Assembly: GCA_002269645.1 (NCBI GenBank)
Contig: NIVC01000581.1
Span: forward strand, 434,001-498,000
From: Macrostomum lignano
Lineage: Eukaryota
Reading direction: 5' to 3'
DNA length: 64,000 nucleotides
Position 1 is the first letter of the stretch; the number at the start of each line of letters is the position of its first letter. Under the pieces are notes generated by a model, which ran no database searches, had not been told where the DNA came from, and worked only from the letters and a program-made list of their open reading frames with translations. Of this stretch, positions 15,001-27,880 are shown piece by piece. A program made the position numbers and the translations under genes.

Positions 15001-18000
15001 GATTGTCAGGGAGGATCAGGAGTGATTCTCAGGGAGGATCAGGAGTGATTCTAGGGAGGATCAGGAGTGATTGTCAGGGAGGATCAGGAGTGATTCTCAG
15101 GGAGGATCAGGAGTGATTCTCAGGGAGGATCAGGAGTGATTCTCAGGGAGGATCAGGAGTGATTCTCAGGGAGGATCAGGAGTGATTCTCAGGGAGGATC
15201 AGGAGTGATTCTCAGGGAGGATCAGGAGTGATTGTCAGGGAGGATCAGGAGTGATTCTCAGGGAGGATCAGGAGTGATTCTCAGGGAGGATCAGGAGTGA
15301 TTCTCAGGGAGGATCAGGAGTGATTGTCAGGGAGGATCAGGAGTGATTCTCAGGGAGGATCAGGAGTGATTGTCAGGGAGGATCAGGAGTGATTCTCAGG
15401 GAGGATCAGGAGTGATTCTCAGGGAGGATCAGGAGTGATTGTCAGGGAGGATCAGGAGTGATTCTCAGGGAGGATCAGGAGTGATTGTCAGGGAGGATCA
15501 GGAGTGATTCTCAGGGAGGATCAGGAGTGATTGTCAGGAGGGATCAGGAGTGATTCTCAGGGAGGATCAGGAGTGATTCTCAGGGAGGATCAGGAGTGAT
15601 TCTCAGGAGGATAGGGAGGATCAGGAGTGATTCTCAGGGAGGATAGGAGGATCAGGAGTGATTCAGGGAGGATCAGGAGTGATTCTCAGGGAGGATCAGG
15701 AGTGATTCTCAGGGAGGATCAGGAGTGATTCTCAGGGAGGATCAGGAGTGATTCTCAGGGAGGATCAGGAGTGATTGTCAGGGAGGATCAGGAGTGATTC
15801 TCAGGGAGGATCAGGAGTGATTGTCAGGGAGGATCAGGAGTGATTCTCAGGGAGGATCAGGAGTGATTCTCAGGGAGGATCAGGAGTGATTGTCAGGGAG
15901 GATCAGGAGTGATTCTCAGGGAGGATCAGGAGTGATTGTCAGGGAGGATCAGGAGTGATTCTCAGGGAGGATCAGGAGTGATTGTCAGGGAGGATCAGGA
16001 GTGATTCTCAGGGAGGATCAGGAGTGATTCTCAGGGAGGATCAGGAGTGATTGTCAGGGAGGATCAGGAGTGATTCTAGGGAGGATCAGGAGTGATTGTC
16101 AGGGAGGATCAGGAGTGATTCTCAGGGAGGATCAGGAGTGATTGTCAGGGAGGATCAGGAGTGATTCTCAGGGAGGATCAGGAGTGATTCTCAGGGAGGA
16201 TCAGGAGTGATTCTCAGGGAGGATCAGGAGTGATTCTCAGGGAGGATCAGGAGTGATTGTCAGGGAGGATCAGGAGTGATTCTCAGGGAGGATCAGGAGT
16301 GATTCTCAGGGAGGATCAGGAGTGATTCTAGGGAGGATCAGGAGTGATTGTCAGGGAGGATCAGGAGTGATTCTCAGGGAGGATCAGGAGTGATTCTCAG
16401 GGAGGATCAGGAGTGATTCTCAGGGAGGATCAGGAGTGATTCTCAGGGAGGATCAGGAGTGATTCTCAGGGAGGATAGGAGGATCAGGAGTGATTGTCAG
16501 GGAGGATCAGGAGTGATTCTCAGGGAGGATCAGGAGTGATTCTCAGGGAGGATAGGAGGATCAGGAGTGATTGTCAGGGAGGATCAGGAGTGATTCTCAG
16601 GGAGGATCAGGAGTGATTCTCAGGGAGGATCAGGAGTGATTCTCAGGGAGGATCAGGAGTGATTCTCAGGGAGGATCAGGAGTGATTCACAGGGAGGATC
16701 AGGAGTGATTCTCAGGGAGGATCAGGAGTGATTCTCAGGGAGGATCAGGAGTGATTGTCAGGGAGGATCAGGAGTGATTCTCAGGGAGGATCAGGAGTGA
16801 TTGTCAGGGAGGATCAGGAGTGATTCTCAGGGAGGATCAGGAGTGATTCTCAGGGAGGATCAGGAGTGATTGTCAGGGAGGATCAGGAGTGATTCTCAGG
16901 GAGGATCAGGAGTGATTGTCAGGGAGGATCAGGAGTGATTCTCAGGGAGGATCAGGAGTGATTGTCAGGGAGGATCAGGAGTGATTGTCAGGGAGGATCA
17001 GGAGTGATTCTCAGGGAGGATCAGGAGTGATTGTCAGGGAGGATCAGGAGTGATTGTCAGGGAGGATCAGGAGTGATTCTCAGGGAGGATCAGGAGTGAT
17101 TGTCAGGGAGGATCAGGAGTGATTCTCAGGGAGGATCAGGAGTGATTGTCAGGGAGGATCAGGAGTGATTGTCAGGGAGGATCAGGAGTGATTCTCAGGG
17201 AGGATCAGGAGTGATTCTCAGGGAGGATCAGGAGTGATTGTCAGGGAGGATCAGGAGTGATTCTCAGGGAGGATCAGGAGTGATTCTCAGGGAGGATCAG
17301 GAGTGATTCTCAGGGAGGATAGGGAGGATCAGGAGTGATTCTCAGGGAGGATCAGGAGTGATTCTCAGGGAGGATCAGGAGTGATTCTCAGGGAGGATCA
17401 GGAGTGATTCTCAGGGAGGATCAGGAGTGATTGTCAGGGAGGATCAGGAGTGATTCTCAGGGAGGATCAGGAGTGATTGTCAGGGAGGATCAGGAGTGAT
17501 TCTCAGGGAGGATCAGGAGTGATTCTCAGGGAGGATCAGGAGTGATTGTCAGGGAGGATCAGGAGTGATTCTCAGGGAGGATCAGGAGTGATTGTCAGGG
17601 AGGATCAGGAGTGATTCTCAGGGAGGATCAGGAGTGATTGTCAGGGAGGATCAGGAGTGATTCTCAGGGAGGATCAGGAGTGATTCTCAGGGAGGATCAG
17701 GAGTGATTGTCAGGGAGGATCAGGAGTGATTCTAGGGAGGATCAGGAGTGATTGTCAGGGAGGATCAGGAGTGATTCTAGGGAGGATCAGGAGTGATTGT
17801 CAGGGAGGATCAGGAGTGATTCTCAGGGAGGATCAGGAGTGATTCTCAGGGAGGATCAGGAGTGATTCTCAGGGAGGATCAGGAGTGATTCTCAGGGAGG
17901 ATCAGGAGTGATTGTCAGGGAGGATCAGGAGTGATTGTCAGGGAGGATCAGGAGTGATTCTCAGGGAGGATCAGGAGTGATTCAGGGAGGATCAGGAGTG

Positions 18001-21000
18001 ATTGTCAGGGAGGATCAGGAGTGATTGTCAGGGAGGATCAGGAGTGATTCTCAGGGAGGATCAGGAGTGATTGTCAGGGAGGATCAGGAGTGATTCTCAG
18101 GGAGGATCAGGAGTGATTCTCAGGGAGGATAGGGAGGATCAGGAGTGATTGTCAGGGAGGATCAGGAGTGATTCTCAGGGAGGATCAGGAGTGATTCTCA
18201 GGGAGGATAGGGAGGATCAGGAGTGATTGTCAGGGAGGATCAGGAGTGATTCTCAGGGAGGATCAGGAGTGATTCTCAGGGAGGATAGGAGGATCAGGAG
18301 TGATTCTCAGGGAGGATCAGGAGTGATTCTCAGGGAGGATCAGGAGTGATTGTCAGGGAGGATCAGGAGTGATTCTCAGGGAGGATCAGGAGTGATTCTC
18401 AGGGAGGATCAGGAGTGATTGTCAGGGAGGATCAGGAGTGATTCTCAGGGAGGATCAGGAGTGATTGTCAGGGAGGATCAGGAGTGATTCTCAGGGAGGA
18501 TCAGGAGTGATTCTCAGGGAGGATCAGGAGTGATTGTCAGGGAGGATCAGGAGTGATTCTCAGGGAGGATCAGGAGTGATTGTCAGGGAGGATCAGGAGT
18601 GATTCTCAGGGAGGATCAGGAGTGATTGTCAGGGAGGATCAGGAGTGATTCTCAGGGAGGATCAGGAGTGATTCTCAGGGAGGATCAGGAGTGATTCTCA
18701 GGGAGGATCAGGAGTGATTCTCAGGGAGGATCAGGAGTGATTGTCAGGGAGGATCAGGAGTGATTCTCAGGGAGGATCAGGAGTGATTGTCAGGGAGGAT
18801 CAGGAGTGATTCTCAGGGAGGATCAGGAGTGATTCTCAGGGAGGATCAGGAGTGATTCTCAGGGAGGATCAGGAGTGATTCTCAGGGAGGATCAGGAGTG
18901 ATTGTCAGGGAGGATCAGGAGTGATTGTCAGGGAGGATCAGGAGTGATTCTCAGGGAGGATCAGGAGTGATTCAGGGAGGATCAGGAGTGATTGTCAGGG
19001 AGGATCAGGAGTGATTGTCAGGGAGGATCAGGAGTGATTGTCAGGGAGGATCAGGAGTGATTGTCAGGGAGGATCAGGAGTGATTCTCAGGGAGGATCAG
19101 GAGTGATTCTCAGGGAGGATAGGGAGGATCAGGAGTGATTGTCAGGGAGGATCAGGAGTGATTCTCAGGGAGGATCAGGAGTGATTCTCAGGGAGGATAG
19201 GGAGGATCAGGAGTGATTGTCAGGGAGGATCAGGAGTGATTCTCAGGGAGGATCAGGAGTGATTCTCAGGGAGGATAGGAGGATCAGAGTGATTCTCAGG
19301 GAGGATCAGGAGTGATTCTCAGGGAGGATCAGGAGTGATTCACAGGGAGGATCAGGAGTGATTCTCAGGGAGGATCAGGAGTGATTCTCAGGGAGGATCA
19401 GGAGTGATTGTCAGGGAGGATCAGGAGTGATTCTCAGGGAGGATCAGGAGTGATTGTCAGGGAGGATCAGGAGTGATTCTCAGGGAGGATCAGGAGTGAT
19501 TCTCAGGGAGGATCAGGAGTGATTGTCAGGGAGGATCAGGAGTGATTCTCAGGGAGGATCAGGAGTGATTCTCAGGGAGGATCAGGAGTGATTGTCAGGG
19601 AGGATCAGGAGTGATTCTCAGGGAGGATCAGGAGTGATTCTCAGGGAGGATCAGGAGTGATTCTCAGGGAGGATCAGGAGTGATTCTAAGGGAGGATCAG
19701 TAGTGATTGTCAGGGAGGATCAGGAGTGATTCTAAGGGAGGATCAGGAGTGATTGTCAGGGAGGATCAGGAGTGATTGTCAGGGAGGATCAGGAGTGATT
19801 CTCAGGGAGGATCAGGAGTGATTCTCAGGGAGGATCAGGAGTGATTCTCAGGGAGGATCAGGAGTGATTGTCAGGGAGGATCAGGAGTGATTGTCAGGGA
19901 GGATCAGGAGTGATTCTCAGGGAGGATCAGGAGTGATTCAGGGAGGATCAGGAGTGATTGTCAGGGAGGATCAGGAGTGATTGTCAGGGAGGATCAGGAG
20001 TGATTGTCAGGGAGGATCAGGAGTGATTGTCAGGGAGGATCAGGAGTGATTCTCAGGGAGGATCAGGAGTGATTCTCAGGGAGGATAGGGAGGATCAGGA
20101 GTGATTGTCAGGGAGGATCAGGAGTGATTCTCAGGGAGGATCAGGAGTGATTCTCAGGGAGGATAGGGAGGATCAGGAGTGATTGTCAGGGAGGATCAGG
20201 AGTGATTCTCAGGGAGGATCAGGAGTGATTCTCAGGGAGGATAGGAGTGATGATCTCAGGGAGGATCAGGAGTGATTCTCAGGGAGGATCAGGAGTGATT
20301 CACAGGGAGGATCAGGAGTGATTCTCAGGGAGGATCAGGAGTGATTCTCAGGGAGGATCAGGAGTGATTGTCAGGGAGGATCAGGAGTGATTCTCAGGGA
20401 GGATCAGGAGTGATTGTCAGGGAGGATCAGGAGTGATTCTCAGGGAGGATCAGGAGTGATTCTCAGGGAGGATGAGGAGTGATTGTCAGGGAGGATCAGG
20501 AGTGATTCTCAGGGAGGATCAGGAGTGATTGTCAGGGAGGATCAGGAGTGATTCTCAGGGAGGATCAGGAGTGATTGTCAGGGAGGATCAGGAGTGATTC
20601 TCAGGGAGGATCAGGAGTGATTCTCAGGGAGGATGAGGAGTGATGCTCAGGGAGGATCAGGAGTGATTCTAAGGGAGGATCAGTAGTGATTGTCAGGGAG
20701 GATCAGGAGTGATTCTAAGGGAGGATCAGTAGTGATTGTCAGGGAGGATCAGGAGTGATTGTCAGGGAGGATCAGGAGTGATTCTCAGGGAGGATCAGGA
20801 GTGATTGTCAGGGAGGATCAGGAGTGATTCTCAGGGAGGATCAGGAGTGATTGTCAGGGAGGATCAGGAGTGATTGTCAGGGAGGATCAGGAGTGATTCT
20901 CAGGAGGATCAGGAGTGATTCTAAGGGAGGATCAGGAGTGATTGTCAGGGAGGATCAGGAGTGATTGTCAGGGAGGATCAGGAGTGATTGTCAGGGAGGA

Positions 21001-21126
21001 TCAGGAGTGATTCTCAGGGAGGATCAGGAGTGATTGTCAGGGAGGATCAGGAGTGATTCTCAGGGAGGATCAGGAGTGATTCTCAGGGAGGATCAGGAGT
21101 GATTCTCAGGGAGGATCAGGAGTGAT
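1..21126. repeat. 23-bp satellite array, consensus GATTCTCAGGGAGGATCAGGAGT, about 900 copies, open at the left window edge
   Basis: The monomer is read directly. Common variants are TTCTC>TTGTC, a 2-nt deletion (GATTCAGGG), TTCAC, and ATAGG/ATAGGG insertions. Every monomer has a GATC site and TGA stops, and there are no ORFs. The array ends at ...GGAGTGATC (21126). Confidence 0.98.
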
Positions 21127-21130
21127 CAGC

Positions 21131-21210
21131 ACAATAGCTGCGGCTGAGCTGGCGGTTGCACATCTGGCACAATTGGGGCAGGTGTAATCAATTATTATCA
21201 TTATTATATA
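21131..21210 (+). mobile_element. 3' fragment of the same SINE family as 46695-49785, with (ATT)n-like tail
   Basis: ACAATAGCTGCGGCTGAGCTGGCGGTTGCACATCTGGCACAATTGGGGCAGGTGTAATCAATTATTAT aligns by eye with 49705-49775 ACAATAGCAGCAACTAAGCTGTTAGTTGCATATCTGCACATTAGGACAGGTGTAATCAATTATTAT. Confidence 0.6.
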
Positions 21211-21643
21211 GTCATGAAGTTGGTGGAGTCGCCATCAGGCACAGGAAAAATCAGGTCACTCTTGCGCAAGCTGAGTCGTCTTGGGTTGAATAGCGTTGCA
21301 GTGAAAACATTCTCGTTATAACATTTTTAACATCATTAGGAAGTTTATATTTGTGAAAAGTTCAGTAGGAAAATGCGATACCGGATGGCGGCAAATATCA
21401 GAGTTAACACCCGAGAGCAGACAGGAATAAAACAAGCGTAATAAGCGAGCAGAACGCCAGTAAACAAAATTTCGCATGGAAAACACAGAAAATGTTTCAA
21501 AGGCTTAGAAAACTGCGGGAAGCCGGCGAGTTCAGAAAATACGGCTTAATAGGTTGTTATTAACACATTTTCAGCTCCAAGCAAAACTACCTAGTTGCTA
21601 CTTATTAACGACCTATCAAAAGTAGTGCAATACAGCAAAGAAA

Positions 21644-24600
21644 TCCTCCAATATACTAAAAATCAAAACTATGTACCTATAGGAACCTTTGCTTAACTTG
21701 ACTCTACATAGTCGGAATTTCGTGGGGTTTTCTGCATTCGATGCGTATTGATGGTGCGCTGGTACACAAAATTTTGCTAAGAAATTGCTTCAATTTTCGG
21801 GCTTAAATATTCGAAAAACTCGATTTTCTCCCTGTTTTTTAAAGTTCAAACAGTTCTTTCCGATTGAGAAGCAGTCTGACTGCCGATGGAATTGTATTGC
21901 ATCATAACTCAGTGCCAACTATAGCATTGATTCTCTACACTCGCGTGGAGAGCTACAAGCGTTGAAAGGTTGCGCAACACATTTTAATTGAGGGGCGGGT
22001 GTCGCTATTCAATTATTCATGGGCTGGCTTGGTTGTTAATTTCAATGCATCAACTTGCAGGCCTCTCACTGTAGCTAGCGCTGAATGTACACCTTATGAA
22101 TTTGAATGCTTTATAGCAGGAATGTTCAATCGTTGTTTGTGCTTCGAGTTTTTTACTTTCAGAAGAGAGCCTTGTATTGCTAGAAAGAGCTTGAAACGCT
22201 GAGTTCGGGAATATAATTTTTTGCTTAGATTCGAAAAATTAAAAGCACATCATTAAAAAGAAGATTCCTATGAACTTTACTTTATATACTCATTGTACGC
22301 TCTCCAATATCGCAAACCCCTACTTTATCGCAACTCCACAATTCAAGCCAGCGCCATTGAATTTAGATTTAGATTGCGTAACCATATTGGTGACTTTATT
22401 TGAAACTGATAGACTGGCTGAGAAATTATGTCATAACTGCTTCGCGTGATTTACTCTGTGCGTGGAGTTTTGAAAGTGTTGAATTATATAAGTGCGACGA
22501 TTTATGTTATCAAAACGATGAGAGCTAGCCTAGAGGTAAACAGACTGACCTGCTAATGCAGCGACGTGGGTTCGAATTTTTAATTTGTAAAGCTTTTTTA
22601 TTAAAAAAAATTAATTTTAAACTTTTTAGCTAAAGAAAACTAAAAAAACGTCAGGTAAATCAGGTAGAAGAGAAGCTACGAGTATTCATGTAGTCCATAT
22701 TCAAAAATTTTTATTAAACTGAGATGCCAAGGCTGAGAGGGAATTGCTGAAATATCAAGACGTGAGGGGAATTGCTGAGATGTCAAGACTTACTGGGGGA
22801 ATTACTGAGATATAAGGGCTTACTGAGAGAATTACTGAGATGCCAAGGCTTAAGAGTGAATTGCTGAGATGTCAAGGCTTGGAGGGAATTTCTGAGGTGT
22901 CAAGGCTTGGTGGGAATTGCTGAGATGTTAAGTCTTGGGGGGGGGAATTCTATGGATTGGGGAATCTTTGAACGAGAGATGCTTCTAATGGATATCTCGA
23001 GGAGATGAGGGGATTCTTTGGCCAAGAATTCTATTAATGGGCGGATTATTTGGATGGGAGATTCTTTGGATTCCTTGAATGGGGGATTCTGTTGATTGGG
23101 ATTATTTGGACGTGAATTTTTTGATCGGGTTTTTTAGATGAAGATATTCTTTGGCCAGTTATTCTTTTGATGGGAGAATCAATGGATAATGTGGATGGAG
23201 ATTCTGTGGATGGGGATTATTTGGACGTGGATTATTTGCATGGGGATTCTTTGGAGGGAGATTCTTTAGTTAGGAATGGATGGGGGATTCTTTGGATATG
23301 AATGGGTGGAGGATTCTTTCGATGGGGATTCTGTGAATGAGGGATTCTTTAAATAGGGATTCTTTTGAATGGGATTCTTTGCATGTGAGATGTTATGGAT
23401 GGGCAATGCATTGGATGGGAAATTCTTCAGATAGGAGAATTCCTTGAATGGGAAATTCTTTGGATCCGGGATTCTATTGATAGGGGTTCTTTGGATGGGG
23501 GATTTTTTGATATGGATGGAGGTCGGGGATTTTTTGGATAGGGATGGATAGGGGGATTCTTTGGATCGGGGATTCTATCGATGGGGGTTCTTTGGATGGG
23601 GATTCTCTGCATGTAAGATTCTATGGATGTGCAATTCTTCGGATAGGAGAATTCCTTGAATGGGGAATTCTTGGGATCAGTGATTCTATCGATGGGAGGT
23701 TTTTTGGATGGCGGCTTCTTTGCATGTGAGATTCTTTGTATCGTGGATTTTATGGGTGGTGTATTCTTTGGATGAGGGATTCTTTGTATGGGAGATTCAG
23801 TTGGGTGAAATTTTATTGCGTAGGAAAACTGTGGCTGGAGTTTGGACGGAAAGCCCCAACGGGAGTTGGAATTGGCTAGCTGAGGAAATTGCTTCACTAA
23901 TCTTGCTGGGGGTACTTTCTATCAGGGGATGCTTGCTATCGGAAGGACGCTTGCTCTTGGGGGATGCTTGCTCGGAAGAGAATTTTAAGATGTCAAGATT
24001 TACAAGGGGAATTATTGAGATACATGTATAAAATCTTACCTTGGGGAATTAATGACATGTGAAGGCTTAAGAGGGACTTGCTGAGATGCCAAGGCTTGTG
24101 GGGGAATCGCTGAGATGTCAAGGCTTGTGGGGGGAATTGCTGAGGTGTGAAGGCTTAAAAAGGAATTGCTGAGGTCTTAAGTCTCGGGGAGGGGAATCGC
24201 TAAGATGCCAAGGCTTTGGACGGGGAGAAATTGCTGAGATGTCAAGACTTACTGGAGGAATTACTGAGATATCAAGGCTTACTGGGAGAATTACTGAGAT
24301 ATCAAGGCTTGGGGAGGGGAATTACTGAGATGTCAAGGCTTTGGACGGGGAGAAATTGGTATCATGTCAAGGCTTGCGCCGGAATTGCTTAGATGTCAAT
24401 GCTTAGGGAAAATTTCTGAGGTGTCGAGGCTTGGGGAAATTGCTGAGATGTTAAGTCTTGGGGGAATTCTATGGATTGATGATTCTTTGGATGAGGGATG
24501 CTTCTAATGGATAAATTTTTGGGCAATTTCTTCGGTGGGGCATTGTTTCGATGGAGGGTTTTTTGAATGGGGGGTTCTTTAGATAAATGATTCTTTAGAT

Positions 24601-25321
24601 GGGGGTTATTTGAACGGGTGTTCTTTAGATGAGGGGATTCTGGATTCTTTGGCCAATTATTCTTTTGATGGGGGATTATTTAAGGATGTGAATTCTTTAG
24701 AGGGGGGGATTTTTTAGAGAAGGAATTTTTTGGATATGGATGGTTAGGGGGATTATTTAGATAGGAATGGATGGGGAAATTCTTTGGATAGGGATGAATA
24801 GGAGGATTCTTGGGATAGGGATGGATGGGGGATTCTTTAGATAGGGATGGATGGGCGATTCTTTGGATAGGGATGGGTGGGGGGATTCTTTGGATAGAGG
24901 GTTTCTGTGGATGGGGGATTTCTTGAATAAGGGATTCATTGGACGGGGAATTCTTCAGATGGGAGGATTCCTTGAATGGGAAATTCTTCGGATCGGGGAT
25001 TCTATCAATGGGATGGGATGGGGATGGGACGGGAAGGATTGGTATTCTTTGCATGTGAGATTCTATGGATGGGCGATTCATTAAATAGGGAATTCTACAG
25101 ATAGAGGATTCCTTGAATGGGGAATTCTTCGGATTCGGGGATTCTGTCGATGGGGGGTTCTTTGTATGGGGATTCTTTGGATGAGGGTTTTTTGCATGTG
25201 AGATTATTTGCATCAGAGAGATTCTTTGGATGGGGGGTTCAGTTGGGTGAATTTCTTTTGCGTGGGAAAACTTTGGTAGGAGTTCTGACGGAAAGCCCCA
25301 ACGGGGGTTGGAATTGGCTAG
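21644..25321 (+). mobile_element. Non-autonomous Helitron-like element E1, with a duplicated 3' module and an internal bypassed terminator at 23879
   Basis: Head is A|TCCTCCAATATACTAAAAAT at 21644. Body 22360-22660 is homologous to E2-E4. Tails are CCCCAACGGG(A/G)G hairpin + GGAATTGGCTAG at 23853-23879 and 25296-25321. Segment 22715-23879 is repeated at about 24040-25321. Confidence 0.65.
22715..25250 (+). repeat. Degenerate repeats inside E1: GCTGAGATGTCAAGGCTT-type blocks (about 22715-22945, 24040-24460) and purine-rich GGGGATTCTTTGGAT-type blocks (about 22945-23800, 24460-25250)
   Basis: Recurrent motifs are visible directly. They generate the Pro/Ser/Ile-rich ORFs in the track. Confidence 0.8.
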
Positions 25322-26127
25322 TCCTATATACTAAAAATGAGTTGTCTGTCGGTATGCGATAGATTTCAGAAAAATTGGCTCAACCGATTTTCTTCAAACT
25401 TGCACCATTTGATCAGAAATTTTCCTGGCACGGTACATGCATCCTGGCTAAGAAATTGCTCAATGTTAAAGGGATTAAATATTCGAAAAACATGCTTTTT
25501 TGCAAAGGTCAAGCCAAATTTTTCCTATATACTAAAAATGAGTTGTTTGTTTGTACGCAATCGATTAGAGAAAAAATGGCTGGACCGATTTTCTTCGAAC
25601 TTGCACTGTTCGATCAGAAATTTTCCTGGGACGGTACATGCATCTTGGCTAAGAAATTGCTCCATGTTAAAGCGATTAAATATTCGAAAAACATGCTTTT
25701 TTGCAAAGGTCAAGCAAACTTTTCGACTTGAAATGCATTGTAAGAATGCTAGAGAAAAAACTGACTGGTTGAATTCTGATTCTGAAATGGATTACATCAT
25801 AACTGAATTGTAACTCCGACTTGAATTGCGTCACAGTATTGAAAATGCAGTGTGGAAGCGTAGCACCAGACTTGATTTAGATTGCGCAACAATATTGTTA
25901 ACTGATACTGACTGACTGAGAAATTGATTATGTAATAACTGCCTCGTGTGATTTACTCTATGCTTGGAGTTTTGAAACTTATAATTATAAGTGCTGAATT
26001 CATGTTATCAAAACGATGAGAGCTAGCCTAGAGGTAAACAGACTGAACTGCTAAATGCAGAAACGATGGTTCGAATTTTTAGAGAGTAGAGTTTTTTTAA
26101 TTAAAGCTCTTTAACGCCAAGAAAACT

Positions 26128-27880
26128 AAAAAAATCATAAAAGCGTCATGTAAAAAATCATAGAAGCGTCATGTAAACAATCATAGAAGTGTCATGTAAA
26201 AAATCGTGGAAGCATCATGTAAAAAGCATAGAAGCGTCATGTAAAAAATCATAGAAGCGTCATGTAAACAATCATAGAAGCGTCATGCAAACAATCATAG
26301 AAGCGTCATGTAAACAATCATAGAAGCGTCATGTAAACAATCATAGAAGCATCGTGTAAACAATCATAGAAGCGTCATGTAAACAATCATAGAAGCGTCA
26401 TGCAAACAATCATAGAAGCGTCATGTAAACAATCATAGAAGCGTCATGTAAACAATCATAAAAGCATCGTGTAAACAATCATAGAAGCGTCATGTAAAAT
26501 ATCGTAAGAGCGTAATATAAAAATCATAGAAGCGTCATTTAAAAAATCATAGAGGCGTCATATAAAAATCAAAAAAACGTCATGTAAAAAATCATAGAAG
26601 CGTCATGTAAAAATCATAGAGGTGTCATGTAAAAATCATTGAAGCGTCCTGCAGAAATCGTAGAAGCGTCATGAAATAATCATAGAAGCGTCATGTAAAA
26701 AATCATAGAAGCGTCATGTAAAAAATCATAGAAGCGTCATGTAAAAAATCATAGAAGCATCGTGTAAACAATCATAGAAGCGTCATGTAAAAAATCATAG
26801 AAGCGTCATGTAAAAAATCATAGAAGCGTCATATAAACAATCATAGAAGCGTCATGTAAACAATCATAGAAGCGTCATGTAAAAATCATAGAAGCGTCAT
26901 GTAAAAATCATAGAAGCGTCATGTAAAAAATCATAGAAGCGTCATGTAAAAAATCATAGAAGCATCGTGTAAACAATCATAGAAGCGTCATGTAAAAATC
27001 ATAGAAGCGTCATGTAAAAAATCATAGAAGCGTCTTCTAAAACATCATAAAAGCGTCATGTAAAAAAATCGTAGAAGCGTCATTTAAAAAATCATAGAAG
27101 TGTCATGTAAAAAATCGTGGAAGCATCATGTAAAAAGCATAGAATTGTCATGTAAAAAATCATAGAAGCGTCATGTAAACAATCATAGAAGCGTCATGTA
27201 AAAAATCGTGGAAGCATCATGTAAAAAGCATAGAAGTGTCATGTAAAAAATCATAGAAGCGTCATGTAAACAATCATAGAAGCGTCATGCAAACAATCAT
27301 AGAAGCGTCATGTAAACAATCATAGAAGCTTCTTGTAAAAAATCGTAGAAGCGTCATGAAAAAATCATTAAAGCGTCATGTAAAAATCATAGAAGCGTCA
27401 TTCAAAAAATCATAGAGGCGTCATATAAAAATCAAAAAAACGTCATTTAAAAATCATAGAAGCGTCATGTAAAAAATCATAGAAGCGTCATATAAACAAT
27501 CATAGAAGCGTCATGTAAACAATCATAGAAGCGCCATGTAAAAATCATAGAAGAGTCATGTAAAAAATCATAGAAGCGTCATGTAAACAATCATAGAAGC
27601 GTCATGTAAAAATCATAAAAGCGTTATGTAAACAATCATAGAAGCGTCATTTAAAAAATCATAGAAGCGTCATTTTAAAAATCATAGAAGCGTCATATAA
27701 ACAATCATAGAAGCGTCATGTAAACAATCATAGAAGCGTCATGAAAAAATCATAGAAGCGTCATGTTAAAATCATAGAAGCGTCATGAAAAAATCATAGA
27801 AGCGTCATTTAAAAACTAATGAAAGTGTCATTTAAAAAATTAAGAAGCATCATAGTAGAATAAAAGAAGCGTCATGTCAG
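26128..27880 (+). repeat. 22-23-bp minisatellite A (AAA[C/A]AATCATAGAAGCGTCATGT), about 75 copies, inside E3
   Basis: Tandem monomers read directly. Confidence 0.95.

Noticed and set aside
1-21126. CRISPR array (23-bp direct repeats)
   Set aside because: Monomers are contiguous with no unique spacers, there are no cas genes, and the context is eukaryotic.
23427-25213. Pro/Ser/Ile-rich and Gly/Trp-rich ORFs
   Set aside because: They are translations of degenerate GGGGATTCTTTGGAT repeats, open on both strands, with no domain signature.
25337-25813. 158-aa and 118-aa ORFs, similar ORFs at 27874, 32881, 32891 and 34510
   Set aside because: They lie in the repeated Helitron-like head or body, are not conserved as open frames between copies, and have no Rep/helicase motifs.
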